Source of the DNA: a virus
Taxonomy: Duplodnaviria; Caudoviricetes
DNA: 24,865 nt
Direction: 5' to 3' (one strand)
IMG/VR virus record: IMGVR_UViG_3300028405_000018
Span: 1 to 24,865 of that record
Below the pieces are notes generated by a model. The model saw nothing but the letters and a program-made list of their open reading frames with translations, was not told the DNA's origin and did no database searches. Made by a program: the position numbers and the translations under genes. Of the stretch, positions 8,099 to 16,327 are shown one piece after another. The stretch's first letter is position 1. Every line of letters starts with the position of its first letter.

Positions 8099-8490
8099 AA
8101 TTTATAATTGTTAAATTCGTTTTTTATTTCTAAATATAAGTCTTTATATGAAACATCTTTAGAAAACCCTTCATATATTTTTAAAGAGTTGATTATTGTT
8201 GTGTGCTCTCTATTAGTTTCCGAGCCTATAAAACCTAAAGTATGGCCATTGTTTCTTAAAATAAAATCAAAAACAGATCTGGCTGCTACATAATAAATCT
8301 TTCGAGTTTGCACAAAAATGGATGGTATTCCAAAATGTCTACAGACTATTTCATTAAGAACCTCAAAATCCTTATGAGCATATTTCTTTTGCTGTCCTGA
8401 TTGGATTCTTAAAACCTCTTCCCTAAAGTTTTCCAATAGGGTGTTTTGATCTTGCTTGAGCTTTTTTAGTAATTTATCAATTTCATTCAT
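8095..8490 (-). CDS. DnaA C-terminal (domain IV)-like HTH protein
   Basis: 'IVCRHFGI...TRKIYYVAARSV...TLGFIGSETNREHTTIINSLK' parallels DnaA domain IV (R...AR...IG....RDHTTV). Confidence 0.75.
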   Translation of the reverse strand: MNEIDKLLKKLKQDQNTLLENFREEVLRIQSGQQKKYAHKDFEVLNEIVCRHFGIPSIFVQTRKIYYVAARSVFDFILRNNGHTLGFIGSETNREHTTIINSLKIYEGFSKDVSYKDLYLEIKNEFNNYKL

Positions 8491-8494
8491 GGTT

Positions 8495-8769
8495 ATCTAA
8501 CACAGTATAAAAACGTTTATTTATACGGGTGTTGTGATGCAATTAAAAAAGCACACAACACGGTATAAAATTAATAACTACTTATCGCTTAATTCAAACC
8601 TTTTACCACATTCAACGCAATGTTTAGGTTCTGCATAAGACCATCTATGTGGTTCGCAGTCTTTATGTTTCTTATCTTCTTTTAATTTCCAAGCATTAAA
8701 CATTGCTTCTCTCTGTTCCTCTTCCATAATTTATTTATACGTTACTAATCTTATACCTATTCGTTAGCA
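8495..8769. repeat. Two tandem attC-like imperfect inverted repeats; the second encloses a gene
   Basis: Hairpin 8499-8533 (AACAC.GTATAAA/TTTATAC..GTGTT); arms 8562-8578 and 8741-8757 flanked by AAC 8557-8559 and GTT 8763-8765. Confidence 0.65.
8578..8727 (-). CDS. Small Zn-finger-like protein (49 aa)
   Basis: Not in track; MEEEQREAMFNAWKLKEDKKHKDCEPHRWSYAEPKHCVECGKRFELSDK (CxxH...CxxC); A-rich leader. Confidence 0.65.
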   Translation of the reverse strand: MEEEQREAMFNAWKLKEDKKHKDCEPHRWSYAEPKHCVECGKRFELSDK

Positions 8770-8783
8770 ACAAGGCTACAATA

Positions 8784-9002
8784 TTACTTCCAATTATTAT
8801 CGTCATTACAATAACTAAATGGGTTTTTAGATATTTCATCTAATGTGATTACACTAGATAATCTTTCGTCCCTTACTAAATGATATTGTCCGTTTTCATA
8901 TTTGTAAATTAATTTATTTCCAAACTTGTTTGTTTGAAATAAATTATCTTTTACGTTGTGAAATATCATTTTCTTATATTCAAATGAAGGTAATTTAATC
9001 AT
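8784..9002 (-). CDS. Hypothetical protein
   Basis: 72 aa, directly downstream of a promoter copy. Confidence 0.6.
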   Translation of the reverse strand: MIKLPSFEYKKMIFHNVKDNLFQTNKFGNKLIYKYENGQYHLVRDERLSSVITLDEISKNPFSYCNDDNNWK

Positions 9003-9032
9003 AATTTTATATTTGGCTTAATTGCCACAATT

Positions 9033-9076
9033 CAAATATAGTATAAATAAATTGATTAACGAACAAATAATTAAAC
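9033..9076 (-). promoter_or_regulatory. Early-type promoter, diverged copy
   Basis: 35/44 identical to 17752-17795; ends in TATATTTG (TAnnTTTG). Confidence 0.65.
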
Positions 9077-9289
9077 AATCTTTCTAATTACTTTTTCGCT
9101 GTAGTCATATTCTAAAGAAATACGCTCATCGGATTCTATAAAACAGATAGAGGTTATCCAATGATATTTCAATACTCCATTTATCCACCGTTCAGATCCT
9201 TCTACTTTTTCGATTCCCGTTACTCTATAATCCAATCCCTTTGGAGAGGTATAAGTTGCAAATGGATTAGTATTCATTTTCGTTGACAT
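9071..9289 (-). CDS. Hypothetical protein
   Basis: 72 aa in operon; start could be the second Met. Confidence 0.55.
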   Translation of the reverse strand: MSTKMNTNPFATYTSPKGLDYRVTGIEKVEGSERWINGVLKYHWITSICFIESDERISLEYDYSEKVIRKIV

Positions 9290-9506
9290 AGACTTTGAAT
9301 TTAAGTTTTTTTAGTATTTCTATTTTCGCTATCTGTAAGGCACTCAGCTTATCCCAAATTTCCTTAGACTCTATAAATATAACCTCGTTAGGCTTCAAGG
9401 CTATAAGGTCAGGGAGCCCCGTTGGTTGTATTCTTACTAAGTTAATCACAAAATAACCAAGAGACCTCCAATGCTTTATAAGTTTAGTTTGCTGTTTAGA
9501 TGCCAT
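9267..9506 (-). CDS. VRR-NUC (PD-(D/E)xK) nuclease / Holliday junction resolvase-like
   Basis: 'GLPDLIAL...FIESK...LSALQ' motif; downstream of SF2 helicase. Confidence 0.85.
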   Translation of the reverse strand: MASKQQTKLIKHWRSLGYFVINLVRIQPTGLPDLIALKPNEVIFIESKEIWDKLSALQIAKIEILKKLKFKVYVNENEY

Positions 9507-9639
9507 CTGTTTTGTTTTTTAAATATTCAGCCATCATATTAGCACATTCTAAAGTTCCAAACTTATAAGGTAACTCTCCATTATGTTTTTGTTTAATAAA
9601 AAGCATTGCTTCTATAATTTCTGGATCGGTTCTTTTCAT
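9496..9639 (-). CDS. Small hypothetical protein (47 aa)
   Basis: Not in track; ATGA overlap with helicase stop; MKRTDPEIIEAMLFIKQKHNGELPYKFGTLECANMMAEYLKNKTDGI; fills the gap. Confidence 0.55.
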   Translation of the reverse strand: MKRTDPEIIEAMLFIKQKHNGELPYKFGTLECANMMAEYLKNKTDGI

Positions 9640-10865
9640 AATTCAAAGTTTTGTTTAAATAATCTACTATTAAAATTTTTCTTTTTGGTTACCGCTTTTA
9701 GTATCTTTTCCGTAATGCCATCACTTTCACAAATGAAGTAAATATTATTTTCTTTACGGCTTTGCACGGTCATGCGATCCCTAGACTGGATGTAGTTTTT
9801 ACCGCTAAACCCTAAATTCAAATATACTAAATATTTAGCCTTACTTAAATTCATCCCCTCGCTAGAAGATTGTTGTAGAGCAAAACTTTTATCCGTATTA
9901 TTAAATTCATCTATATCGGTTGTCACGGCTTCACCAAATACGCTCTCAATCATTTTAAGCTCATTCTGGTAGTAATACATAATTACAATTTTATCGTCCT
10001 TAAAACGCTCTCTAATGAAGTCAACCTTATAAGTGTCAAGTATTACGTTAGATGTCTCACCATCCTCAACTATGCAATGGCCATTATAAAGCTGATGGAC
10101 TTTGCTTTGAAGTTTTGCTGGAGTATCTCCAAAAATATAGCCAGCGCTACCTTTTACAACTCTATCCTTTAACAATATGTCAACTACTATCTTTATTTTT
10201 AAAGGGGTTTCCACAGTCAAATAATGCTCGTTAATCTTAACTTCAAAGCCTGCATCTTGCTGAGTCATTACTACCATGTAAGGCTTTAGTATTTTATCAA
10301 TCTTTGCCACGTTTGCTTTTGAGTAATCCTTTACGGTATGCGTTGGTAATTTCATTTCTACAACCTCTACGAAGTCCTTTGCCCACTTGTAAAAGTTCTT
10401 GTATTGACTGAATGGACTGTAAGCACTTACAAAGAATTGATGATAGTATTGAGAGTAAGATTCGACTGCTGAAGTACCGGTCATAAGAATACAGGGTACA
10501 TTAAAAAATAGTTTCTTGCAAAGCTTGGTTCTTACACTTGGTTTAGCAAATCCAGACAAAGAATGAGACTCATCGTAAATAACCAGATCACAGTCGTGAT
10601 TATCCAGCTTATGCAATGATTCGTAATTAATAACCACAATCTCATAATCAAAACCAAAGTTTTTGTAATCCGATAAGATGCTGGGTATAGCTTTCTTTTT
10701 GGTAATTACAATCACCTTACTAGCTCCGTATAATCTAGCAGCTTCTAAAGCTGTTAAAGTTTTTTGACTTCTCACCTCTCCTGCGAGATAGGCTATCTTA
10801 TGATCTAGTAGGATCTCATTTAATTCCTTAGACTTTTCAATTTGATGTTCTTTTAGTTTGTACAT
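9636..10865 (-). CDS. SF2 (SNF2-like) helicase
   Basis: 409 aa; Q motif, motif I GEVRSQKT, INYESL, DESH, MTGT, EGMNL, QSRDR. Confidence 0.88.
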   Translation of the reverse strand: MYKLKEHQIEKSKELNEILLDHKIAYLAGEVRSQKTLTALEAARLYGASKVIVITKKKAIPSILSDYKNFGFDYEIVVINYESLHKLDNHDCDLVIYDESHSLSGFAKPSVRTKLCKKLFFNVPCILMTGTSAVESYSQYYHQFFVSAYSPFSQYKNFYKWAKDFVEVVEMKLPTHTVKDYSKANVAKIDKILKPYMVVMTQQDAGFEVKINEHYLTVETPLKIKIVVDILLKDRVVKGSAGYIFGDTPAKLQSKVHQLYNGHCIVEDGETSNVILDTYKVDFIRERFKDDKIVIMYYYQNELKMIESVFGEAVTTDIDEFNNTDKSFALQQSSSEGMNLSKAKYLVYLNLGFSGKNYIQSRDRMTVQSRKENNIYFICESDGITEKILKAVTKKKNFNSRLFKQNFEL

Positions 10866-10869
10866 AGTT

Positions 10870-11130
10870 TTAGTTTTTATTTAAAAATTTATCTATGTAA
10901 GGTATTTCAACTTTACACAATCCCCAATGCTCAATAGCTTTCTCCATATCTTGTTTAGTGTATTTTTTTTCTACATCTACAACAGGATTTCTAAAATTAT
11001 CTACTACTGTGTCAATCGCTATGCCTAATATTTTAGGGTTTACCATATTAGTGTTAAACGTTGTATGACCTTCAAACCTTCTCCACTTATTGTGTATTTC
11101 TAATATTGAAATTGCTTCTTTTATTTTCAT
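10870..11130 (-). CDS. Hypothetical phage protein (start probably 11130)
   Basis: MKIKEAISILEIHNKWRR...; A-rich leader before ATG 11130. Confidence 0.6.
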   Translation of the reverse strand: MKIKEAISILEIHNKWRRFEGHTTFNTNMVNPKILGIAIDTVVDNFRNPVVDVEKKYTKQDMEKAIEHWGLCKVEIPYIDKFLNKN

Positions 11131-11256
11131 ATTATTTATTTGTTTTATTTTAATTTTATGATAACTTACCATTATTTCGATTAAACTTTCTTCTGTAACA
11201 TTATCAAAACCTATGATTAAGTCGGTAGCTCCTTTTTCTTAAATATTCGGTTGGTG

Positions 11257-11631
11257 TCATAATTTCTTAGTTTTTAAAATGGAACTTCTTCGTTTTGGGC
11301 AATTTAAAAAACCACATACAAAATTAGACCACCATTCAAAAGCCTTATTTTTACATTCAATAATAGAATTACCTTCCGCTATATTTGTCCCTTGGTTAAA
11401 GCACCATAGAGTAGCTTCATAGTAATTGCATGGGTAGTTTTGTTCTGTTATTTCAATATGTGCATTACCTACTGTATGTGGCATCGGCACTTTAGCATCA
11501 GCCATTACCTTATAAATATCAGAATCCTTTTTTTTCGGTTTATCAATCCAATTTAGTTCTTTAATAAAACCGTGTATAGGTAATGTGGGGTTTTCGTTTA
11601 ATTCAGTCAATGGAAATTTGTGATTTTTCAT
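11257..11631 (-). CDS. Hypothetical protein
   Basis: 124 aa; GAAACTATG start context. Confidence 0.6.
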   Translation of the reverse strand: MKNHKFPLTELNENPTLPIHGFIKELNWIDKPKKKDSDIYKVMADAKVPMPHTVGNAHIEITEQNYPCNYYEATLWCFNQGTNIAEGNSIIECKNKAFEWWSNFVCGFLNCPKRRSSILKTKKL

Positions 11632-11657
11632 AGTTTCATTGCATTAAGTGTTTATTA

Positions 11658-11888
11658 TTACTTATTTCTTTTGATAACTGTATTAGCTTGTCTGCTTCTG
11701 TTTTCTTGCCATGATATAAGTCCTTTGTACTTTGCAAGCTCTGAAGCAGCTTGTTCAATTCTAATTGTAAGACTTGATTCTGATCCTGTTTTTTTAATAT
11801 TTTCTTTAATTGTTTTTTCAGTCCAGTCAATCTTATCTCTAAGCTCTTGGTTTTGTTGTGTAACTCTTGCAGTTTCATAATTCATCAT
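11658..11888 (-). CDS. Hypothetical coiled-coil protein
   Basis: 76 aa; preferred over the overlapping L/K/Q-rich frame 11636-11878. Confidence 0.5.
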   Translation of the reverse strand: MMNYETARVTQQNQELRDKIDWTEKTIKENIKKTGSESSLTIRIEQAASELAKYKGLISWQENRSRQANTVIKRNK

Positions 11889-14133
11889 CTTTGATTTTTT
11901 TCAAGTGTCTTTGAATTGATTGACGTGTAACTCCTAACAACTCAGCAAGCTCTGAACGATTAAACTCTGGGTTGTCTGAATAGACTTTCTTAACCTTATC
12001 CAGATCACTCATCACCCCTTTTGGATTCTTAATACTTTCATTCATCGTATTACTAATCTTACCTTTTATTTTTACCTTCTTAGCCATATTAATAAAGTAT
12101 TCCGAAAGCCTTATAGCTTTCTCCATTGCATCCAAAGAGATTAAAAGATAGTCGTCCTTTGGCTTATTGTTAATATAACAACCCAAAGCATGTATTATTA
12201 ATGCAAATCTAGGTATGTATGATTTTTGTTTTGGGTACATAGACTTCAAGTATTCATTTTCAAAATCTCCATTTTGCACCTCGGTGTATTTGTTAAATAC
12301 TTTCTTCCATTCTTTTTTTGCCTTGTCTGATAATTTAGCTGTTTTAGTTTCAACCTCCAAATCTTCATTTATAGAGCTAAAATTAAATTTAAAGTAATTG
12401 TAAAAGTTAGTCATTGTATCGCTATACCATTGCAAAGCTTCGTAACTCATTTCCTTATCATTAAACTTCTCAACTTTTGCCTCTGGATATGTTATAAGCA
12501 AACGATCAATAAAGCCGTTATTCTTGTTTTCGCTAGTAAAAAAACCATTTAGAATATTAGGTTGTATTCCACCAAGTACGGGGATATAAGGACTTTCTAT
12601 AAAACTTCCTACTCTACTCATACGATTTACATTAACGCTTTCATTTGACCAGCTACTTAACCAAAATTCTAAGTCCGATCCTTCTCTATACTTATTCATA
12701 TCTTTAAGCCATCCTGCTAACTCATCTTTAAAAACACCTACTGAGTTCTTACTTTCTTGATGTAAGTCCACCAGAGCTTCTATGGTGATGTCATTGGCTA
12801 TAAATTGAGACTTTATTGGCTTCTTAATTTCTTCGCTTGTCTTTTTATCCTCTTTAGACAAGTCATCGTATTCTTGAAACTTCTTTGATTGCTTGATGAA
12901 ATTCTTTATTTCGTTTGAGTTTGCTTTTTGTAAAGGAGCTATTATATTTTTAATACTTGGCGTTTTTCCTATACCAGCTTTTCCAACATTACTAATCCAA
13001 AGTATAGGTTTTTCCTTCCAACCTTTTTTAACCTCGACTTCTAAAGTGTTACCAATAATAACGGAAACCATCCAAAGCATAGACCCGCCCATATAATCAA
13101 TAACACTATCCAAAGTATTATTACAGTCTAATATGTAGTTTGTTATTGGCTTTGGAAAAATATCAATAGGGAAAACATCGTTTTGAATTTTTGGTAAATC
13201 TTCAGATAATACTTCAGGAACCTTTTTAACCACCCTATCCCCATAGCCATCCTTATAAGCTTGTTTTGCAGCTTCACTAAAGTCTCCTTTAAAATGTCCA
13301 TGTACGTAACATTGCCATGCGTTTAAAGCCTTCTCATGTGGGTAATTTGTACCCGTGCTGTGTAGATACATTGTGTCGTTATCGTTGAAGATATAGCCAC
13401 TATGTACGCTTTCGCCTCCATGTCTTTTTAATATGATCTTATTGCTTAATGTTCTAACAATACTAAAATCATTTCTTACTACATCAATAGTATTATTTTT
13501 ATTTACAAAATCCTCCCAGGGTTTTAAACCATCTTCAAATTGTTGTTGTGTTTTCTTAGGTATTACTATATCCTTTTCAGGTTCAACATAATTATAGCTT
13601 TGTGAAATAGTCCAAAGTATTTCTCTATCTTCATCCGATACATAAACAGTATCGCTATAAGTTTCGCCATTAAGAAAGTTATTATAATAAAATACATATC
13701 CCTTTAAACCTCTACTTTCAATTATAGCCTCCTTGTGGCCTTTTAAAGATGCTATTTTCTTATTACCTACTACTCTTTTAGACTTGTAAAGGATATGATA
13801 GCCAAAGTTTTTAGTCTTAGTAATTTTGAATTTATCGTGAAAGTCATCAATATTATCCTCCAGCATAGATAGGTATTCATTCCAAAAATCCTTACGCTCC
13901 TTTGATGTGCTAAATACTTTTAAGTCTACGTCAACGCACTCTAAATAGTTATACCCCGTTACAATTCCAAAACTATTAGCTTTTGAATACTCACAATTAG
14001 ATTTAAATTCTTGTTTTGATACTGCTTTTGTTTGTTGGCTAGTCCATTTTCCTATAGGCACTTTATCTTCACCTACAGTGATTAAACTAAATCCATCATC
14101 TATTAATTTATTGGCTATTGATAGGTCTATCAT
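11875..14133 (-). CDS. Bifunctional primase-polymerase / P-loop helicase (DUF3987-like) with C-terminal HTH; probable replication initiator
   Basis: 752 aa; N-terminal Prim-Pol 'GIVTG...CVDVD...TKNFGYHILY...IESRG'; Walker A GKAGIGKT, Walker B FKDEL, GFIDR; C-terminal 'NRSELAELLGVTRQSIQRHL'. Confidence 0.88.
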   Translation of the reverse strand: MIDLSIANKLIDDGFSLITVGEDKVPIGKWTSQQTKAVSKQEFKSNCEYSKANSFGIVTGYNYLECVDVDLKVFSTSKERKDFWNEYLSMLEDNIDDFHDKFKITKTKNFGYHILYKSKRVVGNKKIASLKGHKEAIIESRGLKGYVFYYNNFLNGETYSDTVYVSDEDREILWTISQSYNYVEPEKDIVIPKKTQQQFEDGLKPWEDFVNKNNTIDVVRNDFSIVRTLSNKIILKRHGGESVHSGYIFNDNDTMYLHSTGTNYPHEKALNAWQCYVHGHFKGDFSEAAKQAYKDGYGDRVVKKVPEVLSEDLPKIQNDVFPIDIFPKPITNYILDCNNTLDSVIDYMGGSMLWMVSVIIGNTLEVEVKKGWKEKPILWISNVGKAGIGKTPSIKNIIAPLQKANSNEIKNFIKQSKKFQEYDDLSKEDKKTSEEIKKPIKSQFIANDITIEALVDLHQESKNSVGVFKDELAGWLKDMNKYREGSDLEFWLSSWSNESVNVNRMSRVGSFIESPYIPVLGGIQPNILNGFFTSENKNNGFIDRLLITYPEAKVEKFNDKEMSYEALQWYSDTMTNFYNYFKFNFSSINEDLEVETKTAKLSDKAKKEWKKVFNKYTEVQNGDFENEYLKSMYPKQKSYIPRFALIIHALGCYINNKPKDDYLLISLDAMEKAIRLSEYFINMAKKVKIKGKISNTMNESIKNPKGVMSDLDKVKKVYSDNPEFNRSELAELLGVTRQSIQRHLKKIKDDEL

Positions 14134-14146
14134 AATTTTTTTAACT

Positions 14147-14239
14147 AAAAAACCTCCTTAAATTCATCGCTAAAGTAGAGTTTGCGAATCCTTTAAGAAG
14201 GTTGATTTATTTTTTACGTTGTAAACTCTACTAAACAAC
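14147..14239 (-). ncRNA. Candidate structured cis-regulatory leader (two hairpins with complementary loops; second ends in U-tract)
   Basis: Loop AGTAGAGTTT (14223-14232) is the exact complement of loop AAACTCTACT (14174-14183). Confidence 0.65.
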
Positions 14240-14245
14240 TTGATA

Positions 14246-14253
14246 CAAATATA
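14246..14253 (-). promoter_or_regulatory. Bacteroidota -7 promoter box for the primase leader
   Basis: TATATTTG 6 nt upstream of the first hairpin. Confidence 0.55.
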
Positions 14254-14308
14254 ATACTATTTATTAGATATTACTATAATAACCTAAAAAAGCTATTTTT
14301 ATCCATTA

Positions 14309-14571
14309 AGGTGTAACATGTTACACTAGATGTTACACCTAATGTTACACCTAATGTTACACCTGTTTCCTTATTTTATAGGGTCTACCAAGCTTTTAGT
14401 GTAACATGTTACACCTGTTACACTAAATTAAAAAATAAAAATATATTTTACTGTATACTCTTTTAGGTGTAACAGGTGTAACATGTTACACCTAACAGGC
14501 TCTTAACCCTTATCAATGCTACAAACTACTGTAACATTTAGGTGTAACATCTAGTGTAACATGTTACACCT
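14309..14571. repeat. Iteron array / probable replication origin
   Basis: Four GTGTAACATGTTACAC palindromes (14311, 14399, 14476, 14554) plus single TGTTACAC sites; 34-bp outer and 25-bp inner perfect inverted repeats around an AT-rich core. Confidence 0.85.
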
Positions 14572-14574
14572 ATT

Positions 14575-14608
14575 AAAAAACCCCTTTACATTTCTGCAAA
14601 GGGGTTTT
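14575..14608 (-). terminator. Intrinsic terminator (possibly bidirectional)
   Basis: CCCCTTTGCA-GAAA-TGTAAAGGGG-TTTTTT after the SSB-like gene. Confidence 0.85.
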
Positions 14609-14631
14609 CACTTGTCGAGTAATTAATAATT

Positions 14632-15300
14632 TTAGAAAGCTAGATCGTCTTCTTCTATTTCAGGTTCTTTTGCTTTGGCTCTAACGACCTCGGTTCCCTC
14701 AGCAGTATAATCTATCATATAACTTTGTAACTCATCCGCAAACGGCATTAGCTTGCTTCTGTCTTTGATTGCGGTTGATTTTTTGAATACTGGTATAGAA
14801 TAGTTTACTTTTCCTTTTTTAAGCTCTTTGGCTTCCGTTACTTCTATCCAATTCTTGTCAAAATTGCCATCCCCTATATCATTAATAAAATCCGAATAGC
14901 TACTTACACCGCTACCCTTTAGGCTTATATTAATTATTTCAAGGTCATTGGTAACTGCGTAGATACTTCTGGCATAATGTCCACCAGCGGCAACTATAGT
15001 AGGTTTATTATCTTTGTATAAACCCTCTGCAATTTTACCACCCTTAAAGCTTTTAACTTGCAGTTCTTCGTTTCCAATCTGAAACACTTCGTTAGAATAA
15101 ATACCGCTTTCGCTTGCATCGTTCCAACCCTTAACTGTGTGGTAATGTTCTAGGATTACAAATTTAAAAGGAAGTGGGACTAAGATGTTTTCCTTTTTGT
15201 CTTTGTCGTAGTAAGCAAAGCACTTCTCTTCAGACTTCCAGCTTAAGAATTTCTTCGCTGGGTTTTTACTTTTTGTTTCTTGTCTTTCTAACCAACTCAT
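14632..15300 (-). CDS. Putative single-stranded DNA-binding protein
   Basis: 222 aa, aromatic and beta-rich, acidic C-terminal tail EPEIEEDDLAF; adjacent to origin and primase. Confidence 0.65.
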   Translation of the reverse strand: MSWLERQETKSKNPAKKFLSWKSEEKCFAYYDKDKKENILVPLPFKFVILEHYHTVKGWNDASESGIYSNEVFQIGNEELQVKSFKGGKIAEGLYKDNKPTIVAAGGHYARSIYAVTNDLEIINISLKGSGVSSYSDFINDIGDGNFDKNWIEVTEAKELKKGKVNYSIPVFKKSTAIKDRSKLMPFADELQSYMIDYTAEGTEVVRAKAKEPEIEEDDLAF

Positions 15301-15319
15301 AATATAAATGTTTTAAAAT

Positions 15320-15347
15320 ACGATTAAAATGCTGTAACCGCTTCAGC
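15320..15347 (-). promoter_or_regulatory. Candidate H-type pseudoknot in SSB leader
   Basis: GCTG-AA-GCGGTTA-CAGC-ATTT-TAATCGT. Confidence 0.5.
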
Positions 15348-15379
15348 TCAATTTATAGTTTAAATATATTACTTTTAAT

Positions 15380-15637
15380 TTAGTTTAATGCTTTGTTAAT
15401 TGCTTTTTGTGATATTTCTATCTGCTTGTCGTTATGACCATTTAATAATAAGCCTTGCAAAGCCTCTAATAAGTCTGGTGCTGCTGCAATTAGTTTTGCG
15501 TTGGCTTTACCTTCATCTTTTGAAACAGCAGGTGAACCTATGTTCCACCAAACATCAATACTACTACCATTTATCATTGTTCTTTGCTCTCTTGTTCCTG
15601 TAATTTTCCATTCTCCTTTTGTTCCTTTAAATTCCAT
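15380..15637 (-). CDS. Hypothetical phage protein (ANAxLIAAAP family)
   Basis: 'FKGTKGEW...ANAKLIAAAPDLLEAL', a common phage early-gene motif. Confidence 0.75.
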   Translation of the reverse strand: MEFKGTKGEWKITGTREQRTMINGSSIDVWWNIGSPAVSKDEGKANAKLIAAAPDLLEALQGLLLNGHNDKQIEISQKAINKALN

Positions 15638-15650
15638 AATATTTATTGTA

Positions 15651-16094
15651 TTAAAATGTGATTACTATACTATCTTTAGTGTAATTTTTTACAGGCACCG
15701 GATTAATTTCTTCGCTTGTATTTGGATCGGTAACGGGTTCTCCAGCTTTGCAAGCGGATTTTATTAAATCTTTACGCTGCTTAAGTAGCTTTTCATAATG
15801 GTCTACCATTCCATCCTGTGAATAATCATAAACCGCATAACCTTGTCTACTTTTAAAGTTGACTCCGTTTAGTTTTAACTCTTCTGGAAGGTCTAGGTTT
15901 GCCTTTAATTCCGTTTGGAAGGTATTGATCACTTCGCTTAGTCTTACAAGCGTGGCCATTACTTCAAGTGGGTTAACGTTGCCATTATCTAAGATGGTCC
16001 TCGCTAATTCTAAACCTTGATTTTTAGCGTCTATTTTGCTAAAGTCCTGAGCAAAGTTTAAGTTTTCAAAATTCTCTACTGTTAAATCTTTCAT
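15651..16094 (-). CDS. Conserved hypothetical phage protein
   Basis: 147 aa; strong AAACTATG start context. Confidence 0.7.
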   Translation of the reverse strand: MKDLTVENFENLNFAQDFSKIDAKNQGLELARTILDNGNVNPLEVMATLVRLSEVINTFQTELKANLDLPEELKLNGVNFKSRQGYAVYDYSQDGMVDHYEKLLKQRKDLIKSACKAGEPVTDPNTSEEINPVPVKNYTKDSIVITF

Positions 16095-16106
16095 AGTTTC
16101 TAGTTT

Positions 16107-16322
16107 TTAATAGTTATCGTTTCTAAGTCTTGCCAAGCATCTAGTTAAGTCTAAAGAACTTCTTTTTAAAGCTCCAGTTTCTATGCTACTTCTAGTTGTT
16201 TTTAAATACTTTTCTTTAGTGGTAAATACAGTTTTGTTTAGGTCGCTTTGCTTTACATCTTTTAACCTACTTAAGAAACGCTTTGCTTCTTTTTCTGCTT
16301 CTAATAAGTGTTCTAATTTCAT
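16107..16322 (-). CDS. Hypothetical protein
   Basis: 71 aa, basic; GAAACTATG start. Confidence 0.6.
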   Translation of the reverse strand: MKLEHLLEAEKEAKRFLSRLKDVKQSDLNKTVFTTKEKYLKTTRSSIETGALKRSSLDLTRCLARLRNDNY

Positions 16323-16327
16323 AGTTT

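Noticed and set aside
11636-11878. 80-aa ORF overlapping 11658-11888 in another frame
   Set aside because: L/K/Q-rich composition typical of a shifted frame. Its ATGA coupling to the primase stop means it is not fully excluded.
14309-14571. CRISPR array interpretation of the repeats
   Set aside because: Repeats are 8-16 bp, in both orientations and irregularly spaced, with no unique spacers of uniform length.
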